Below are positions 19,738 through 30,362 of a stretch of 64,000 bases of DNA, one piece after another. The notes beneath the pieces were generated by a model. That model saw only the letters and a list, made by a program, of their open reading frames with translations. It searched no databases and was not told the origin of the DNA. Source of the stretch: Candidatus Spyradenecus sp. (GTDB taxonomy: Bacteria; Verrucomicrobiota; Verrucomicrobiia; Opitutales; UBA953); the NCBI GenBank assembly GCA_045535075.1, contig JAZSKX010000005.1, positions 1 to 64,000 on the forward strand, given 5' to 3'. The position numbers and the translations under genes are program-made. The first letter of the stretch is position 1; every line of letters begins with the position of its first letter.

Positions 19738-20655
19738 ATGAAAAAAGAACTTCCGCTCGCATTGACTTGCGGCGACCCGTCCGGCATCGGACCCGAAATC
19801 ATCGCCCGGCATTTACAAAGCCACCCGCAGGACGCGTCGAAAATCGTTCCCGTCGGGCCGCAACGCTGGCTCGACACGCTCCCGTGCCCGGGAATTGCCA
19901 TCGGCGACAAAGATTTTTCGGCTGTTCCCGGAAAGCCGAATTCCGAAGGGCAACACATCGCGCTCGAAGCGATGGAGCGCGCGGCGGCGGGAACGCTTGC
20001 CGGAGAATTTTCGGGAGTCGTTACCGCACCGATCAACAAAGCCGGCTTGCAAAGTATCGGCTACCGCTTTCCCGGACAAACGGAGTTCTTTGCGGCTCGC
20101 TGGGGCGGCGATCCCGTCATGGCGTTCGTCGGAAAGAAAATGCGCGTCGTGCTTGCGACTTGGCACATTCCCTTTCGCGACGTTCCCGCAGCTCTTACAC
20201 AGAAAGCGATAGGAAATGCATTGTACGCGGCAGAGTTCCTCGGGAGAAAATTTACCGCAAACGCGTTCCCGCGCATCGGAGTCTGCGGACTTAATCCGCA
20301 CGCGGGGGAATCAGGAATTCTCGGCTCGGAGGAACGCGACCGGCTCAATCCAATGCTCAGCGAATTTCGCCGGATTTTTCCCGGACTCTCCGACTGCGTT
20401 CCCGCGGACACGATTTTCTGCCGGCATCTGCGCGGAGAATTCGACATCGTTGTCGGACTTTATCACGATCAGGCACTCGCGCCGCTGAAAACGGTAGAAT
20501 TCGACACGGCTGTCAACGTTTCCTTGGGCTTGAAATACATTCGCACCTCGCCGGACCACGGCACGGCTTACGACATTGCAGGCAAAGGCATTGCGAGCGC
20601 CGACTCCATCGGCAACGCGATTCGCGTCGCAATCGAACTTTGCGCAACACATTAA
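19738..20655 (+). CDS. pdxA: 4-hydroxythreonine-4-phosphate dehydrogenase
   Basis: GDPSGIGPE, TAPINK, LNPHAGE, YHDQ, RTSPDHGTA; start set at MKKELP. Confidence 0.93.
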   Translation: MKKELPLALTCGDPSGIGPEIIARHLQSHPQDASKIVPVGPQRWLDTLPCPGIAIGDKDFSAVPGKPNSEGQHIALEAMERAAAGTLAGEFSGVVTAPINKAGLQSIGYRFPGQTEFFAARWGGDPVMAFVGKKMRVVLATWHIPFRDVPAALTQKAIGNALYAAEFLGRKFTANAFPRIGVCGLNPHAGESGILGSEERDRLNPMLSEFRRIFPGLSDCVPADTIFCRHLRGEFDIVVGLYHDQALAPLKTVEFDTAVNVSLGLKYIRTSPDHGTAYDIAGKGIASADSIGNAIRVAIELCATH

Positions 20656-20688
20656 AATAGTTTTACAAACTCCGAGAAAAATGAGAAG

Positions 20689-21645
20689 ATGGCAGTTCGA
20701 TTTTTTCAAATGAGCTGCGAATCACCACGAAAGTTTTACGACCGGGCGTTTAAAATGACTCCGGAATATCGTGCGTCGTTGCCGGATATGCAAAACACGA
20801 ATGCGACCGGCATTGAAGGCGGTGCCGTGCCGATTCTCCAGGTCGGAATGTCGAATTTCCGCCTCCCGCTTAAATTTGCCCGCCCCGGGCTTACTCCGAT
20901 TGAGCTTGAGACGAACATCACGGGAACGGTTTCACTGGACGGTCGCCATAAAGGCATCAACATGTCGCGCATCGTCCGTATTTTCTACACATTTAAGGAC
21001 GAAATTTTTACGCCGGCGACACTCGAAAAAATCCTGCGCAAATACTTGGAGGAAATCGGTTCTTCCCGCGCCCAAATTCGCTTGGAATTTAACTATCCGA
21101 TTTTACAAAAGAGTCTGCGAAGTGAACTCGAAGGCTATCAATATTACGGAAGCGCGTTCGAGGGGATCCTTGAAAACGACCGTTTTCGCGCCTTTATAAA
21201 CTTTGACTTCGTTTATTCTTCGGCGTGCCCCTGCTCGGCGGAACTTTCGGAACACGCACGCGTCTCCCGCAATGTTCTCGGCATCCCGCACTCGCAACGC
21301 TCCAAGGCTCGTATTTTTGCGGAGCTCGCGGGAACGCCGGAAATCTACATCGAAGACTTTAAGGAGCACTGCCTGAACGCGCTTCACACGGAAACGCAAG
21401 TCATGGTCAAGCGAGAAGACGAACAGGCGTTTGCCGAACTTAACGGCGCTTATTACAAGTTTGTAGAAGATGCTGCGCGCCTGCTTTACGCGGAATTCAA
21501 CAAAGACTCCCGTATTTACGATTTTCAAATTGCCTGCGCCCACCTCGAATCGCTTCATTCGCACGACGCTGTCGCCGTGCTCAATAAAGGCGTTCCCGGC
21601 GGCATTGCACACGGTTTTACCGACTTTAAAAGTCTGGTTTGCTAA
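20689..21645 (+). CDS. folE2: GTP cyclohydrolase I type IB
   Basis: [47 protein letters not shown]; start may be 20710. Confidence 0.93.
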   Translation: MAVRFFQMSCESPRKFYDRAFKMTPEYRASLPDMQNTNATGIEGGAVPILQVGMSNFRLPLKFARPGLTPIELETNITGTVSLDGRHKGINMSRIVRIFYTFKDEIFTPATLEKILRKYLEEIGSSRAQIRLEFNYPILQKSLRSELEGYQYYGSAFEGILENDRFRAFINFDFVYSSACPCSAELSEHARVSRNVLGIPHSQRSKARIFAELAGTPEIYIEDFKEHCLNALHTETQVMVKREDEQAFAELNGAYYKFVEDAARLLYAEFNKDSRIYDFQIACAHLESLHSHDAVAVLNKGVPGGIAHGFTDFKSLVC

Positions 21646-21652
21646 TTTCAGC

Positions 21653-21727
21653 GTCCCCGTAGTTCAACGGATAGAACACCTGCCTTCTAAGCAGGTTATC
21701 TGAGTTCGATTCTCAGCGGGGGCGCCA
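21653..21727 (+). tRNA. tRNA-Arg(TCT)
   Basis: Acceptor GTCCCCG/CGGGGGC, anticodon arm CCTGC-CTTCTAA-GCAGG, T-arm GTTCGATTC, encoded CCA. Confidence 0.95.
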
Positions 21728-21776
21728 TTTTGTTTTCCGCGATTTGGCATTTTTTATGCAGTAAATTTTACTTATT

Positions 21777-22589
21777 ATGACACAGAAGAACGAAAACGAC
21801 TCTAAAACTTCGACTTCCAAGAAAGTACGTTTCCCGACTCCGCCCTGGAAAAAGAACAAGGCAAAAGAATCCGCCCCGGAAAACGATACCGTTCCCGCAT
21901 CCCCGGAAGAAATTAATGAACAGGACAATCCGCAGGAATGCGACGAGCCGACGCTCGCGGACTCTCCGGAGGAAATTGAAACGGTAGAAGCAACTGAAGC
22001 GGAATCCGGCGTTCCCGCAGAGTCTGATGCGAAAGAAGAACCCAAGCAGGAAACGAAAAAAGATATCCGTTTTGACAATATCGCCGACGCCTTTCTCAAA
22101 GTTCAGGCAACGCTGAAAAAAACGGAAGAAGAACTTGAGAAAACAAAAGCGGATCTCGAAAAAGCCACGGACGGATACACGCGTGCGGTCGCTGATTTCG
22201 ACAATTACCGCCGCCGCACAAACGAAGAGCGCCCGAAAAATATGCTCTATGCCAAGGGCGACATCGCCAAGGATCTCTTTCCGGTTTTGGACAATTTCAA
22301 GCTCGGTCTCGAAGCCGCCGAAAAACAGCATCCCGAAGCCAAAGCAATTCTCGAAGGGTTCTCCATGATTGCCGCTCAATTGCGCAATGCGCTTTCTCAA
22401 CACGGCATCTCCGAAATCAATCCGCTCGGCGAGCCCTTCAATCCGCAGGAACACGAGTCTCTTTCGATGATGCCTTCAGCGGACGTTCCCGCAGATCACG
22501 TGCTCTTCGTCCAACGAACGGGCTACAAAATCGGCGAGCGTCTTTTGCGCCCGGCATCCGTAGTCATTTCGGCGGGAAAGCAGGACTGA
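21777..22589 (+). CDS. grpE: Nucleotide exchange factor GrpE with long N-terminal extension
   Basis: ADFDNYRRR, PVLDNF, FNPQEHE, GYKIGERLLRPASV. Confidence 0.93.
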   Translation: MTQKNENDSKTSTSKKVRFPTPPWKKNKAKESAPENDTVPASPEEINEQDNPQECDEPTLADSPEEIETVEATEAESGVPAESDAKEEPKQETKKDIRFDNIADAFLKVQATLKKTEEELEKTKADLEKATDGYTRAVADFDNYRRRTNEERPKNMLYAKGDIAKDLFPVLDNFKLGLEAAEKQHPEAKAILEGFSMIAAQLRNALSQHGISEINPLGEPFNPQEHESLSMMPSADVPADHVLFVQRTGYKIGERLLRPASVVISAGKQD

Positions 22590-22682
22590 GAAAATTTAGA
22601 GCTTACAGCCGGAAGAAAAGGTGTTCGTTGAATATCCGAATTCTTTTAAGCGTAAAGCATTAATATTTTAAACTTTCAAAAA

Positions 22683-23813
22683 ATGGCTGACGACTATTAC
22701 AAACTGCTCGGAGTCGAAAAATCCGCAAGCGCCGAAGAAATCAAAAAAGCTTACCGTAAACAGGCAATGAAATATCACCCCGACCGCAATCAGGGTGATA
22801 AGAAAGCCGAGGAAATGTTTAAAAAAGTTTCCAACGCTTACGAAGTTCTTTCCGATCCTCAGAAACGAGCCACCTACGACCAATACGGCGCTGCCGCGTT
22901 TGAAAACGGCGGCATGGGCGGAATGGGCGGCATGGGCGGATTCAGAGACCCGAGCGACCTATTCCGCGAATTCTTCGGCGGCGGAGGGGGAGGAATTTTC
23001 GAAAGCTTTTTCGGCGGCGGAAATCGTGCCGAAGAAGACACGCGCGGGAACGACTTGCGCTTCGACATCGAAATTTCGCTCGAAGAAGCCGCTGCGGGAA
23101 CGGAAAAAACCATCAAATACAAACGCCACACGCAATGCTCCGCCTGCCACGGAAGCGGCGCCGAACCCGGAAGCTCCCGAAAAACCTGCCCGACCTGCAA
23201 GGGACGCGGGCAAGTTGTCCGCCGTGCCGGATTCGTCCAAATGCAACAGCCCTGCCCGACTTGCCAAGGCTCCGGGAAGGTTATCGAAAAACCCTGCAAA
23301 AAATGTAGCGGCTCCGGCGTCGAAATTGAGACGCGCACCATCGTCAAACGAATTCCCGCAGGTGTCGCCACGGGAACGCGCCTACGCTCGTCCGGCGACG
23401 GCGAAGCCGGCTCCAACGGCGGCGCTTACGGCGATCTTTACATTATCATCCATGTTCGCGAGCACGAGCTGTTCGAACGCAACGGCGACGACCTCTACTG
23501 CACGATTCCGATTAAATTTACACTTGCTACGCTCGGCGGAACGCTCGCCGTTCCGACCCTGACCGGGCGTGCCGAACTCAAAGTTCCCGCGGGAACTCAA
23601 AACGGAACGATGTTCCGCCTGCGCGGAATGGGAATGCCGAATCTGCGTAGCGGCTCAAAAGGCGATCAATACGTCCGCCTCGAAATTGATGTTCCGAAAT
23701 CGCTCAATTCCGAGCAAAGGGAAAAACTTCAAGCCTTTGCGGAATCCTGCGGCGACAAGGAAAAACCGATTTCCGAGTCCTGGCTCGAAAAGTTCAAAAA
23801 CTTCTTTAAATAA
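22683..23813 (+). CDS. dnaJ: Chaperone DnaJ
   Basis: J domain with HPD, G/F region, four CxxCxGxG repeats. Confidence 0.98.
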   Translation: MADDYYKLLGVEKSASAEEIKKAYRKQAMKYHPDRNQGDKKAEEMFKKVSNAYEVLSDPQKRATYDQYGAAAFENGGMGGMGGMGGFRDPSDLFREFFGGGGGGIFESFFGGGNRAEEDTRGNDLRFDIEISLEEAAAGTEKTIKYKRHTQCSACHGSGAEPGSSRKTCPTCKGRGQVVRRAGFVQMQQPCPTCQGSGKVIEKPCKKCSGSGVEIETRTIVKRIPAGVATGTRLRSSGDGEAGSNGGAYGDLYIIIHVREHELFERNGDDLYCTIPIKFTLATLGGTLAVPTLTGRAELKVPAGTQNGTMFRLRGMGMPNLRSGSKGDQYVRLEIDVPKSLNSEQREKLQAFAESCGDKEKPISESWLEKFKNFFK

Positions 23814-23853
23814 AAAAAACGTTCCCGCGATTAATCTCACGGGAACGTTTTTT
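23814..23853. terminator. Bidirectional terminator between dnaJ and the kinase gene, inverted motif pair
   Basis: AAAAAACGTTCCCGCGA-TTAATC-TCACGGGAACGTTTTTT between convergent genes. Confidence 0.9.
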
Positions 23854-23940
23854 ATCTCAAAGAAACGAGAGATCGGGAACGCGGTGATTTCCGGGTCGTC
23901 GGTCTCTCGTCTCCGGTTCTCTTTAACCTTCAGTCCCTTT

Positions 23941-25056
23941 TTACAGCGAAGCGACGAGCGCGTTCATCGCGTCCATCTGTTCTTCAATGCATTCGACGAG
24001 GCGGAACTGCGTGCGGCAACGATCGAGGTTGTGATCCGGACGCGCCGTTTTGAAATACAAGTCGCCGTCGAGATAGTCCGTGAGGAAGCGCATTCCGCAT
24101 TCGAGCGTGAGAAGCTTGCCCGAGAACGGGAGCAATTCGCGTTCCTTGGCGTTGAGGAAATCGCCGGCGGAGCTGATGTAGCCTTTCGCGAGTGCTTCAA
24201 AATATTGGAACTGCATAGCGACTTTGGACAAATCAACTTCGTCTTCCTTGGCGGGCGAAGTCGAAGTACGCACCATGTCGCCGAAGTCGTAAAGCGCGGA
24301 ACCCGGCATCGACGTGTCGAGGTCAATAACGCAAATGCCTTCAAGCGTGTAGTCATCGATGAGCACGTTGTTCAACTTCGTGTCCTGGTGCGCAATGCGT
24401 TCGGGAATTTCGCCCTTCGCCATCGCGTCGAGCACAACGGAACAATCCGCTTCGCGCGCGAGGATAAAGTCGATTTCCTTTTTGACCCCGGCGGCGCGGT
24501 TTTTCACGTCGGCAGCGAGCGATTTTTGGAAAGTTTCAAAGCGTTTGCGCGTGTTGTGGAAATCCGGAATGGTTTCGACAAGGCGTCCGCCCGGAATATC
24601 GACGAGAAGTTTTTGGAAGTTTCCGAAAGCGCGAGCCGCCTGGAACGCTTGCTCCGTTGTTTCGATCACATCGTAGCCGCGGGCGCGTTCGATGAAAATG
24701 TAGCAACGCCAGACATTGCCTTCCGCGTCAACATACCAATCCTTGCCGGCTTTGGTCGGGATGAGCGTGAGCGTGCGGCGGGAGGCGTCGGGCGCGTTAT
24801 TGGCTTTAAGCTTATCAAACGAGTGGCGGCAAATACGCGCGACGTTTTCCATCAATCCTTCCGGATTTTTGAAAATGTAGGAATTAACGCGCTGAATGAT
24901 GTAGCGCACGCGGCAGGCGCCTTGGTCAAACACGGCGCAAAACGTGTCGTTAATGTGTCCGCTTCCGTACGGGAACGCGTCGACGAAGTCGCCGTAAATG
25001 GCGAATTGCGCCGCGATAGCGGGAACGTTGTATTTAGTGTCTTTTGCTGAGGACAT
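23941..25056 (-). CDS. APH-fold sugar kinase, N-acetylhexosamine 1-kinase (NahK)-like
   Basis: GSGHINDTF, ETIPDFHNT, HQDTKLNN, VIDLDT, YDFGD, RFLTDYL.GD.YFK; start set at MSSAKD. Confidence 0.8.
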   Translation of the reverse strand: MSSAKDTKYNVPAIAAQFAIYGDFVDAFPYGSGHINDTFCAVFDQGACRVRYIIQRVNSYIFKNPEGLMENVARICRHSFDKLKANNAPDASRRTLTLIPTKAGKDWYVDAEGNVWRCYIFIERARGYDVIETTEQAFQAARAFGNFQKLLVDIPGGRLVETIPDFHNTRKRFETFQKSLAADVKNRAAGVKKEIDFILAREADCSVVLDAMAKGEIPERIAHQDTKLNNVLIDDYTLEGICVIDLDTSMPGSALYDFGDMVRTSTSPAKEDEVDLSKVAMQFQYFEALAKGYISSAGDFLNAKERELLPFSGKLLTLECGMRFLTDYLDGDLYFKTARPDHNLDRCRTQFRLVECIEEQMDAMNALVASL

Positions 25057-25251
25057 AAGTTTGTGGGTAGGATTAGTTGTTAAAAAAATCGTGGGACAAA
25101 GTTCTTTCATTATCCTGCTCTGCGATGTTTTTCTCAAGATTTATTTCGTTCATTTGACGGGAACGAATTCGGAATCCGAGGTTGACTTGACAAATTAAAA
25201 ATTCTACGTTCTCGCTCAATTTTTTCGGATCTCACCCTCCCTCCCCCCTTT

Positions 25252-27582
25252 ATGCATACCGATATTATTAACCAGCCCATTTTCTGGGCAATTCCCGCAG
25301 CTTCGGTTGTGGCTCTCGCATTCGCGGCGCATTTTTACCGCCAGATGATGAAATGCGATGAAGGCACGCCGACTATGAAACAGATTGCGCAGCACGTGCG
25401 TTCCGGCGCGATGGCGTATCTGAAACAGCAATACAAAATTGTCGGAATCGTTTTTGTGATTCTCGCGGTTTTGTTTGCCGTCCTCGCGATGAAGGGATTG
25501 CAGAATCCCGTCGTTCCCGTGGCGTTCCTGACGGGAGGTTTCTTCTCCGGACTGGCGGGTTTCTTCGGTATGAAAACCGCAACTTACGCGAGCGCGCGCA
25601 CGGCAAATGCCGCGCAGGAATCGCTCAACGCCGGGCTTCGCGTCGCGTTCCGCTCGGGTGCGGTTATGGGCTTGGTCGTCGTCGGACTCGGGCTCCTCGA
25701 CATTTCCCTTTGGGCGATTATTCTCGACTGCTGCACGTATTGGATTGATGCGGAAGCGACGGGAACGCACAAAATGATCTTTATCACCACTACGATGCTG
25801 ACCTTCGGCATGGGTGCTTCGACGCAGGCGCTCTTCGCACGTGTCGGCGGCGGGATTTACACGAAGGCGGCGGACGTCGGTGCAGACCTTGTCGGTAAAG
25901 TCGAAGCCGGAATTCCGGAAGACGACCCGCGCAATCCCGCAACCATTGCGGACAACGTCGGCGACAACGTCGGCGACGTCGCCGGTATGGGCGCAGACCT
26001 TTATGAGTCTTACTGCGGTTCGATTCTCGCGACGGCGGCACTCGGTGCGGCGGCATTCGTCGGCTTTAACGTCTCCAACGAAGAGCTTTCCGTTGCCATG
26101 CAGATCAAGGCGATTATGGCTCCGATGCTCATCGCGGCGGTCGGTATTTTGCTCTCGATTTTCGGGATTTACCTCGTGCGCACGCAGGAAGGCGCGACGA
26201 TGAAAAACCTTCTCAGCGCTCTCGGACGCGGCGTGAACGTTTCGTCCGCGCTTATTGTGGCGGCGACATTCGGTATTCTTTGGTTGCTCGACATTCCGAA
26301 CTGGGTCGGCGTTTCGCTCTCGGTCGTCGTCGGTTTGCTCGCCGGGATTATTATCGGACAAGCGACGGAATATTACACGTCGCATACGTATAAACCGACG
26401 CAGGGCATCGCGGAATCCGCGAAAACCGGTCCCGCGACGGTTATTATTTCCGGAATCGGCGTCGGAATGCTTTCCACCTGCATTCCCGTCGTTACGATCG
26501 TCATTGCGATTGTGCTTTCGTTTATCTTTGCTGCGGGCGGCTTCGGTTTGGTCGAAGGCGTAACGCTTGCCAATGTTTTCTCCGCAAAAACGCTCGGTCT
26601 CGGGCTTTACGGAATCGGTATCGCGGCGGTCGGTATGCTCTCCACGCTCGGCATCACGCTTGCGACGGACGCTTACGGTCCCATCGCCGACAACGCCGGC
26701 GGGAACGCCGAAATGTCCGGTCTTGATCCGCAGGTGCGCAAGCGCACGGACGCGCTCGACGCGCTCGGGAACACGACGGCGGCAACGGGTAAAGGCTTTG
26801 CCATCGGTTCCGCCGCGCTCACCGCGCTCGCGCTCCTCGCTTCTTACATTGAAGAAATTCGTATCGCTCTTGTCCGCATCGTCAAAACCGACGGAATCGA
26901 AGGGCTTCCGTCCGGTTTGCAACGCCTGGTCGAAGCGGATAACGGCGTGAACGCGCAAAATCTTTTGGAAAAAATTCAGACGGCGAGCTTCGTTGATTTT
27001 ATGACGTGGTACGACGTTACGCTGATGAACCCGCGCGTGCTCGCCGGGATGTTCATCGGCTCGATGATGGCGTTCCTCTTCTGCGGTTTGACGATGAATG
27101 CGGTTGGTCGCGCTGCGCAGAGCATGGTCGTTGAAGTACGCCGCCAGTTTAAGGAAATTCCGGGTATTCTCGAAGGCACGGGAACGCCGGACTACGCGCG
27201 TTGCGTGGCGATTTCCACGAAGGGTGCCCAGCGCGAAATGCTCGTGCCGTCGCTCATCGCGATTGTCGTTCCGATTTTGACCGGCTTGGTTATCGGAATT
27301 TCCGGCGTTATGGGCTTGCTCGTCGGCGGTCTCGCGGCGGGCTTCGTGCTCGCGGTCTTTATGGCAAATTCCGGCGGTGCTTGGGACAATGCGAAGAAAT
27401 ACATCGAAGAAGGCAATTTCGGCGGCAAGCGATCCGAATGCCACAAGGCGACGGTTGTCGGCGACACGGTCGGCGACCCGTTCAAGGACACGTCCGGACC
27501 GAGCTTGAACATTCTCATCAAGCTCATGAGCATGGTTGCGATTGTCGTTGCCGGGCTCACTGCTGCTTGGTCGATTTTCTAA
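25252..27582 (+). CDS. hppA: Membrane-bound ion-translocating pyrophosphatase, K+-dependent, probably Na+,H+ type
   Basis: [60 protein letters not shown]. Confidence 0.96.
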   Translation: MHTDIINQPIFWAIPAASVVALAFAAHFYRQMMKCDEGTPTMKQIAQHVRSGAMAYLKQQYKIVGIVFVILAVLFAVLAMKGLQNPVVPVAFLTGGFFSGLAGFFGMKTATYASARTANAAQESLNAGLRVAFRSGAVMGLVVVGLGLLDISLWAIILDCCTYWIDAEATGTHKMIFITTTMLTFGMGASTQALFARVGGGIYTKAADVGADLVGKVEAGIPEDDPRNPATIADNVGDNVGDVAGMGADLYESYCGSILATAALGAAAFVGFNVSNEELSVAMQIKAIMAPMLIAAVGILLSIFGIYLVRTQEGATMKNLLSALGRGVNVSSALIVAATFGILWLLDIPNWVGVSLSVVVGLLAGIIIGQATEYYTSHTYKPTQGIAESAKTGPATVIISGIGVGMLSTCIPVVTIVIAIVLSFIFAAGGFGLVEGVTLANVFSAKTLGLGLYGIGIAAVGMLSTLGITLATDAYGPIADNAGGNAEMSGLDPQVRKRTDALDALGNTTAATGKGFAIGSAALTALALLASYIEEIRIALVRIVKTDGIEGLPSGLQRLVEADNGVNAQNLLEKIQTASFVDFMTWYDVTLMNPRVLAGMFIGSMMAFLFCGLTMNAVGRAAQSMVVEVRRQFKEIPGILEGTGTPDYARCVAISTKGAQREMLVPSLIAIVVPILTGLVIGISGVMGLLVGGLAAGFVLAVFMANSGGAWDNAKKYIEEGNFGGKRSECHKATVVGDTVGDPFKDTSGPSLNILIKLMSMVAIVVAGLTAAWSIF

Positions 27583-27606
27583 TCAAAAAGATTAAAGCTT
27601 AAAGAA

Positions 27607-27645
27607 GGCGTTCCCGTAGCTAAAACTGCGGGAACGCTTTTTTTT
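27607..27645 (+). terminator. Terminator after hppA, inverted motif pair
   Basis: GGCGTTCCCGTAG-CTAAAA-CTGCGGGAACGC-TTTTTTTT. Confidence 0.9.
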
Positions 27646-27892
27646 GAGAATTTCGGTTCTTCGGGAACGTCCTCTTCCGTTTCTTTGAATCGTTACGTCT
27701 CTTACTTTTTAGAAAAAAACTTCTTCCGCGCAAACCGTTCAAAACAAAAGAGGAGAATGCGGAACAGGAAATCTGTTTCATATATCACGGAAAAAGAAGC
27801 TCAACGGCCTCCACCGGATTGTGTTCTCAGCGGGTGTCGTGTTTACCGCAACACCCGTTTTTCCTTGCGGGAACGCGGGAGCTTGGAAGAAA

Positions 27893-29332
27893 ATGGAATC
27901 CATTATGATTGATTTCATACCCGCGACACTCGCTGCCGCCGACACTGCCGGAGAAGCCGTCCGCCTTTGGATGGCGATCCCGTTTGCCCTTTTGCTTGTT
28001 CTCATCGCTGTTATGCCTTTGACGCCGCACCGTACAAAGGAACTTTGGGAAAAGTACTATCCGCATGTCTCGATTATTCTCGGCGTTCTTGTCGCAACGC
28101 TTTACGGCTTTTTCATGCCGGGCGGCGGGCACGCAGTTTGGCACTCGTTTAAGGAATATATTTCTTTTATTGCGTTGGTCGGATCTTTGTTCGTCATTTC
28201 GGGCGGAATCGTCATCCATCTTCGCGGAGAAGCCACTCCGAAGACGAACTTTATTTTCCTGCTCGTCGGCTCCATTCTTGCAAATCTGATCGGGACGACG
28301 GGAGCGTCGATGGTCTTAATCCGCCCATGGATGCGCATGAACAAATATCGGCTTTCGAGTTTTCACATTGTTTTCTTCATTTTTTTGGTTTCCAACGTGG
28401 GCGGCGCACTCACGCCCATCGGCGATCCGCCGCTTTACATCGGCTACCTGCGCGGAGTTCCGTTTTTCTGGATTTTAGAAAACGCAATTCTTCCGTGGAC
28501 ATTTGTTACGGCTCTTTTGCTCGGAATATTTTATCTCTTTGATTTGAGAAGCTTCCGCAAGTCCGGGCGCCGAGGACAAGTTGCCGAAAAAAGCTCGAAG
28601 GAAATGCTTTTATCCGTTCGCGGAATGAAAAACGTCGGCTTCCTGCTGATTATCGTCTGCGCGGTCTTCCTTCCGGGACAAGTTTCGCCGGAAACACGCG
28701 GTATTTTGGAAACTTATTTCGTCCGTGAAATTGTCATGCTCGCCGCCGCCGTTGCATCTTATTTCATGACGAAACCGGATGTTCACGCGGAAAACGAATT
28801 TAATTTCGCTCCGATTAAGGAAGTCGGGTTTCTTTTTATCGGGATTTTTCTCACGATGGTTCCCGCGCTTGCGTATCTGACGGCAAACGGGAAACTCATC
28901 GGTGAAGCGCTTTCGCAATCCGCGCATTACTTTTTCGCGTCGGGTATGCTTTCAGGCTTCTTGGACAATACGCCGACTTACGCCAATTTCTTTGATCTGA
29001 TTAAGAGCCAAATCGATGCGCCGACGGATGCCGCGAAAGTTGCCGTTATGATCAATCCGGCGAACCTGCGGGAACACGCCATGTTGCTCGCCGTCTCGCT
29101 CGGCTCCGTGTTTTTCGGTGCGCTGACTTACATCGGAAACGGTCCGAACTTCATGGTCAAATCCATCGCCGATTCGGCAGGCGTAAAAACGCCGAGCTTT
29201 TTCGGCTATTTCTTCCGCTACGGTATCTTGATTTTGCTTCCGGTGCTGATTCTCTGCGCCGTCGTTTTCTTCCCGAACGTAAATGCGGACTCTGCTGACG
29301 CCGTTCCCGCGACGCAAGTTCACCAACCCTAA
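27893..29332 (+). CDS. Putative Na+/H+ antiporter (IT superfamily)
   Basis: IGTTGASM, SNVGGALTPIGDPPLY.GYL, FLDNTPTY, TYIGNGPNFMVK; many TM segments; start uncertain (27893 or 27906). Confidence 0.8.
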   Translation: MESIMIDFIPATLAAADTAGEAVRLWMAIPFALLLVLIAVMPLTPHRTKELWEKYYPHVSIILGVLVATLYGFFMPGGGHAVWHSFKEYISFIALVGSLFVISGGIVIHLRGEATPKTNFIFLLVGSILANLIGTTGASMVLIRPWMRMNKYRLSSFHIVFFIFLVSNVGGALTPIGDPPLYIGYLRGVPFFWILENAILPWTFVTALLLGIFYLFDLRSFRKSGRRGQVAEKSSKEMLLSVRGMKNVGFLLIIVCAVFLPGQVSPETRGILETYFVREIVMLAAAVASYFMTKPDVHAENEFNFAPIKEVGFLFIGIFLTMVPALAYLTANGKLIGEALSQSAHYFFASGMLSGFLDNTPTYANFFDLIKSQIDAPTDAAKVAVMINPANLREHAMLLAVSLGSVFFGALTYIGNGPNFMVKSIADSAGVKTPSFFGYFFRYGILILLPVLILCAVVFFPNVNADSADAVPATQVHQP

Positions 29333-29363
29333 TTTCAAATAAAACCCTCAACTCTAATTCACT

Positions 29364-30359
29364 ATGCACGATATCTCGCAAGGAAAAATCCTCGTTACCG
29401 GCGGCTCCGGGCTTATCGGAAGCGCCATCATCGCCCGCCTAAACGCCCTCGGGCACACAAACATTCTCGTAACCGACAAGCTCGGCACGGATTTGCGCTA
29501 CAAAAACCTCGTTCCGCTCAAATTCGCCGAATACATGGAATACGAGGATTTCGACCGCGCGCTCGAAAGCGATCCCGCGCAGTTTGCCGACATTAAAACG
29601 ATTTTCCACCTCGGAGCCTGCTCCGCGACGACGGAAAAAGACTGCACTTACCTCATTCACAACAACTACGAATACACGAAAAAGCTCGCCGCGTTCGCGC
29701 TCGGAAACGGCGCGCGCTTCGTTTACGCCTCCTCCGCCGCGACTTACGGGAACGGCGAAAACGGCATGGACGACGAAGGCGATATCCTCCCGCTCAAGCC
29801 GCTCAACATGTATGGCTACTCGAAACACCTTTTCGACCTGCACGCGTTGCGCAACGGCTACTTAAACAAAATCACGGGCATCAAATATTTCAACGTTTTC
29901 GGTCCGAACGAAAACCACAAGGCGCACATGGTCAGCATGGTTTTCCGCGCGTTTAACCAAATTAGGGAAACCGGCGGCGTGAAGCTTTTCAAAAGCTACA
30001 AGCCGGAATACGCGGACGGCTGCCAGATGCGCGATTTTCTCGGTGCGAAGGAGGCGGCGGCGATTACCGTGCACCTTGCGCAAAACGAGGAAGCAACGGG
30101 CTTGGTCAATGTCGGCGCGGGCAAAGCACGCACTTGGCTCGAACTCGTGCGCCCGATTTTCGCGGCGATGGGCGTTCCCGAAAAAATCGAATTTATCGAC
30201 ATGCCGGAATCGCTTCGCGCGCAATATCAGTATTTTACGCAAGCGAAAATCGATAAACTGACGCGCTTGGGCGGCGCACAATATCTCGTCCCGCTCGAAG
30301 AATCCGTTACCGACTACGTCAAAAACTACCTCATTCCCGACAAACATCTCGGCGAATAA
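29364..30359 (+). CDS. hldD: ADP-L-glycero-D-manno-heptose 6-epimerase
   Basis: TGGSGLIGS, HLGACSATT, YASSAATYG, PLNMYGYSK, YFNVFGPNE.HK, YQYFTQA. Confidence 0.93.
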   Translation: MHDISQGKILVTGGSGLIGSAIIARLNALGHTNILVTDKLGTDLRYKNLVPLKFAEYMEYEDFDRALESDPAQFADIKTIFHLGACSATTEKDCTYLIHNNYEYTKKLAAFALGNGARFVYASSAATYGNGENGMDDEGDILPLKPLNMYGYSKHLFDLHALRNGYLNKITGIKYFNVFGPNENHKAHMVSMVFRAFNQIRETGGVKLFKSYKPEYADGCQMRDFLGAKEAAAITVHLAQNEEATGLVNVGAGKARTWLELVRPIFAAMGVPEKIEFIDMPESLRAQYQYFTQAKIDKLTRLGGAQYLVPLEESVTDYVKNYLIPDKHLGE

Positions 30360-30362
30360 GAG

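Noticed and set aside
22909..22940. GGCATGGGC-type repeat in dnaJ
   Set aside because: Ordinary GGM repeats of the DnaJ G/F-rich linker.
23862..23913. Second imperfect hairpin (ACGAGAGATCG...CGGTCTCTCGT) after the kinase gene
   Set aside because: Single copy with no further support as an ncRNA or mobile element.
23941..25056. Aminoglycoside resistance phosphotransferase
   Set aside because: Motifs (GHINDT, TIPDFH, RFLTDYL) fit the NahK-like sugar kinase branch, and there is no mobile context.
25182..25210. TTGACT-17nt-TACGTT promoter for hppA
   Set aside because: Plausible, but too weak to call without transcription start data.
25216..27444. Long antisense ORFs (742 aa opposite hppA; also opposite fba, nagA, hom, pnp, GH20, lutB)
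   Set aside because: Shadow ORFs on the reverse strand of well-supported genes with biased codon usage; no recognisable protein motifs.
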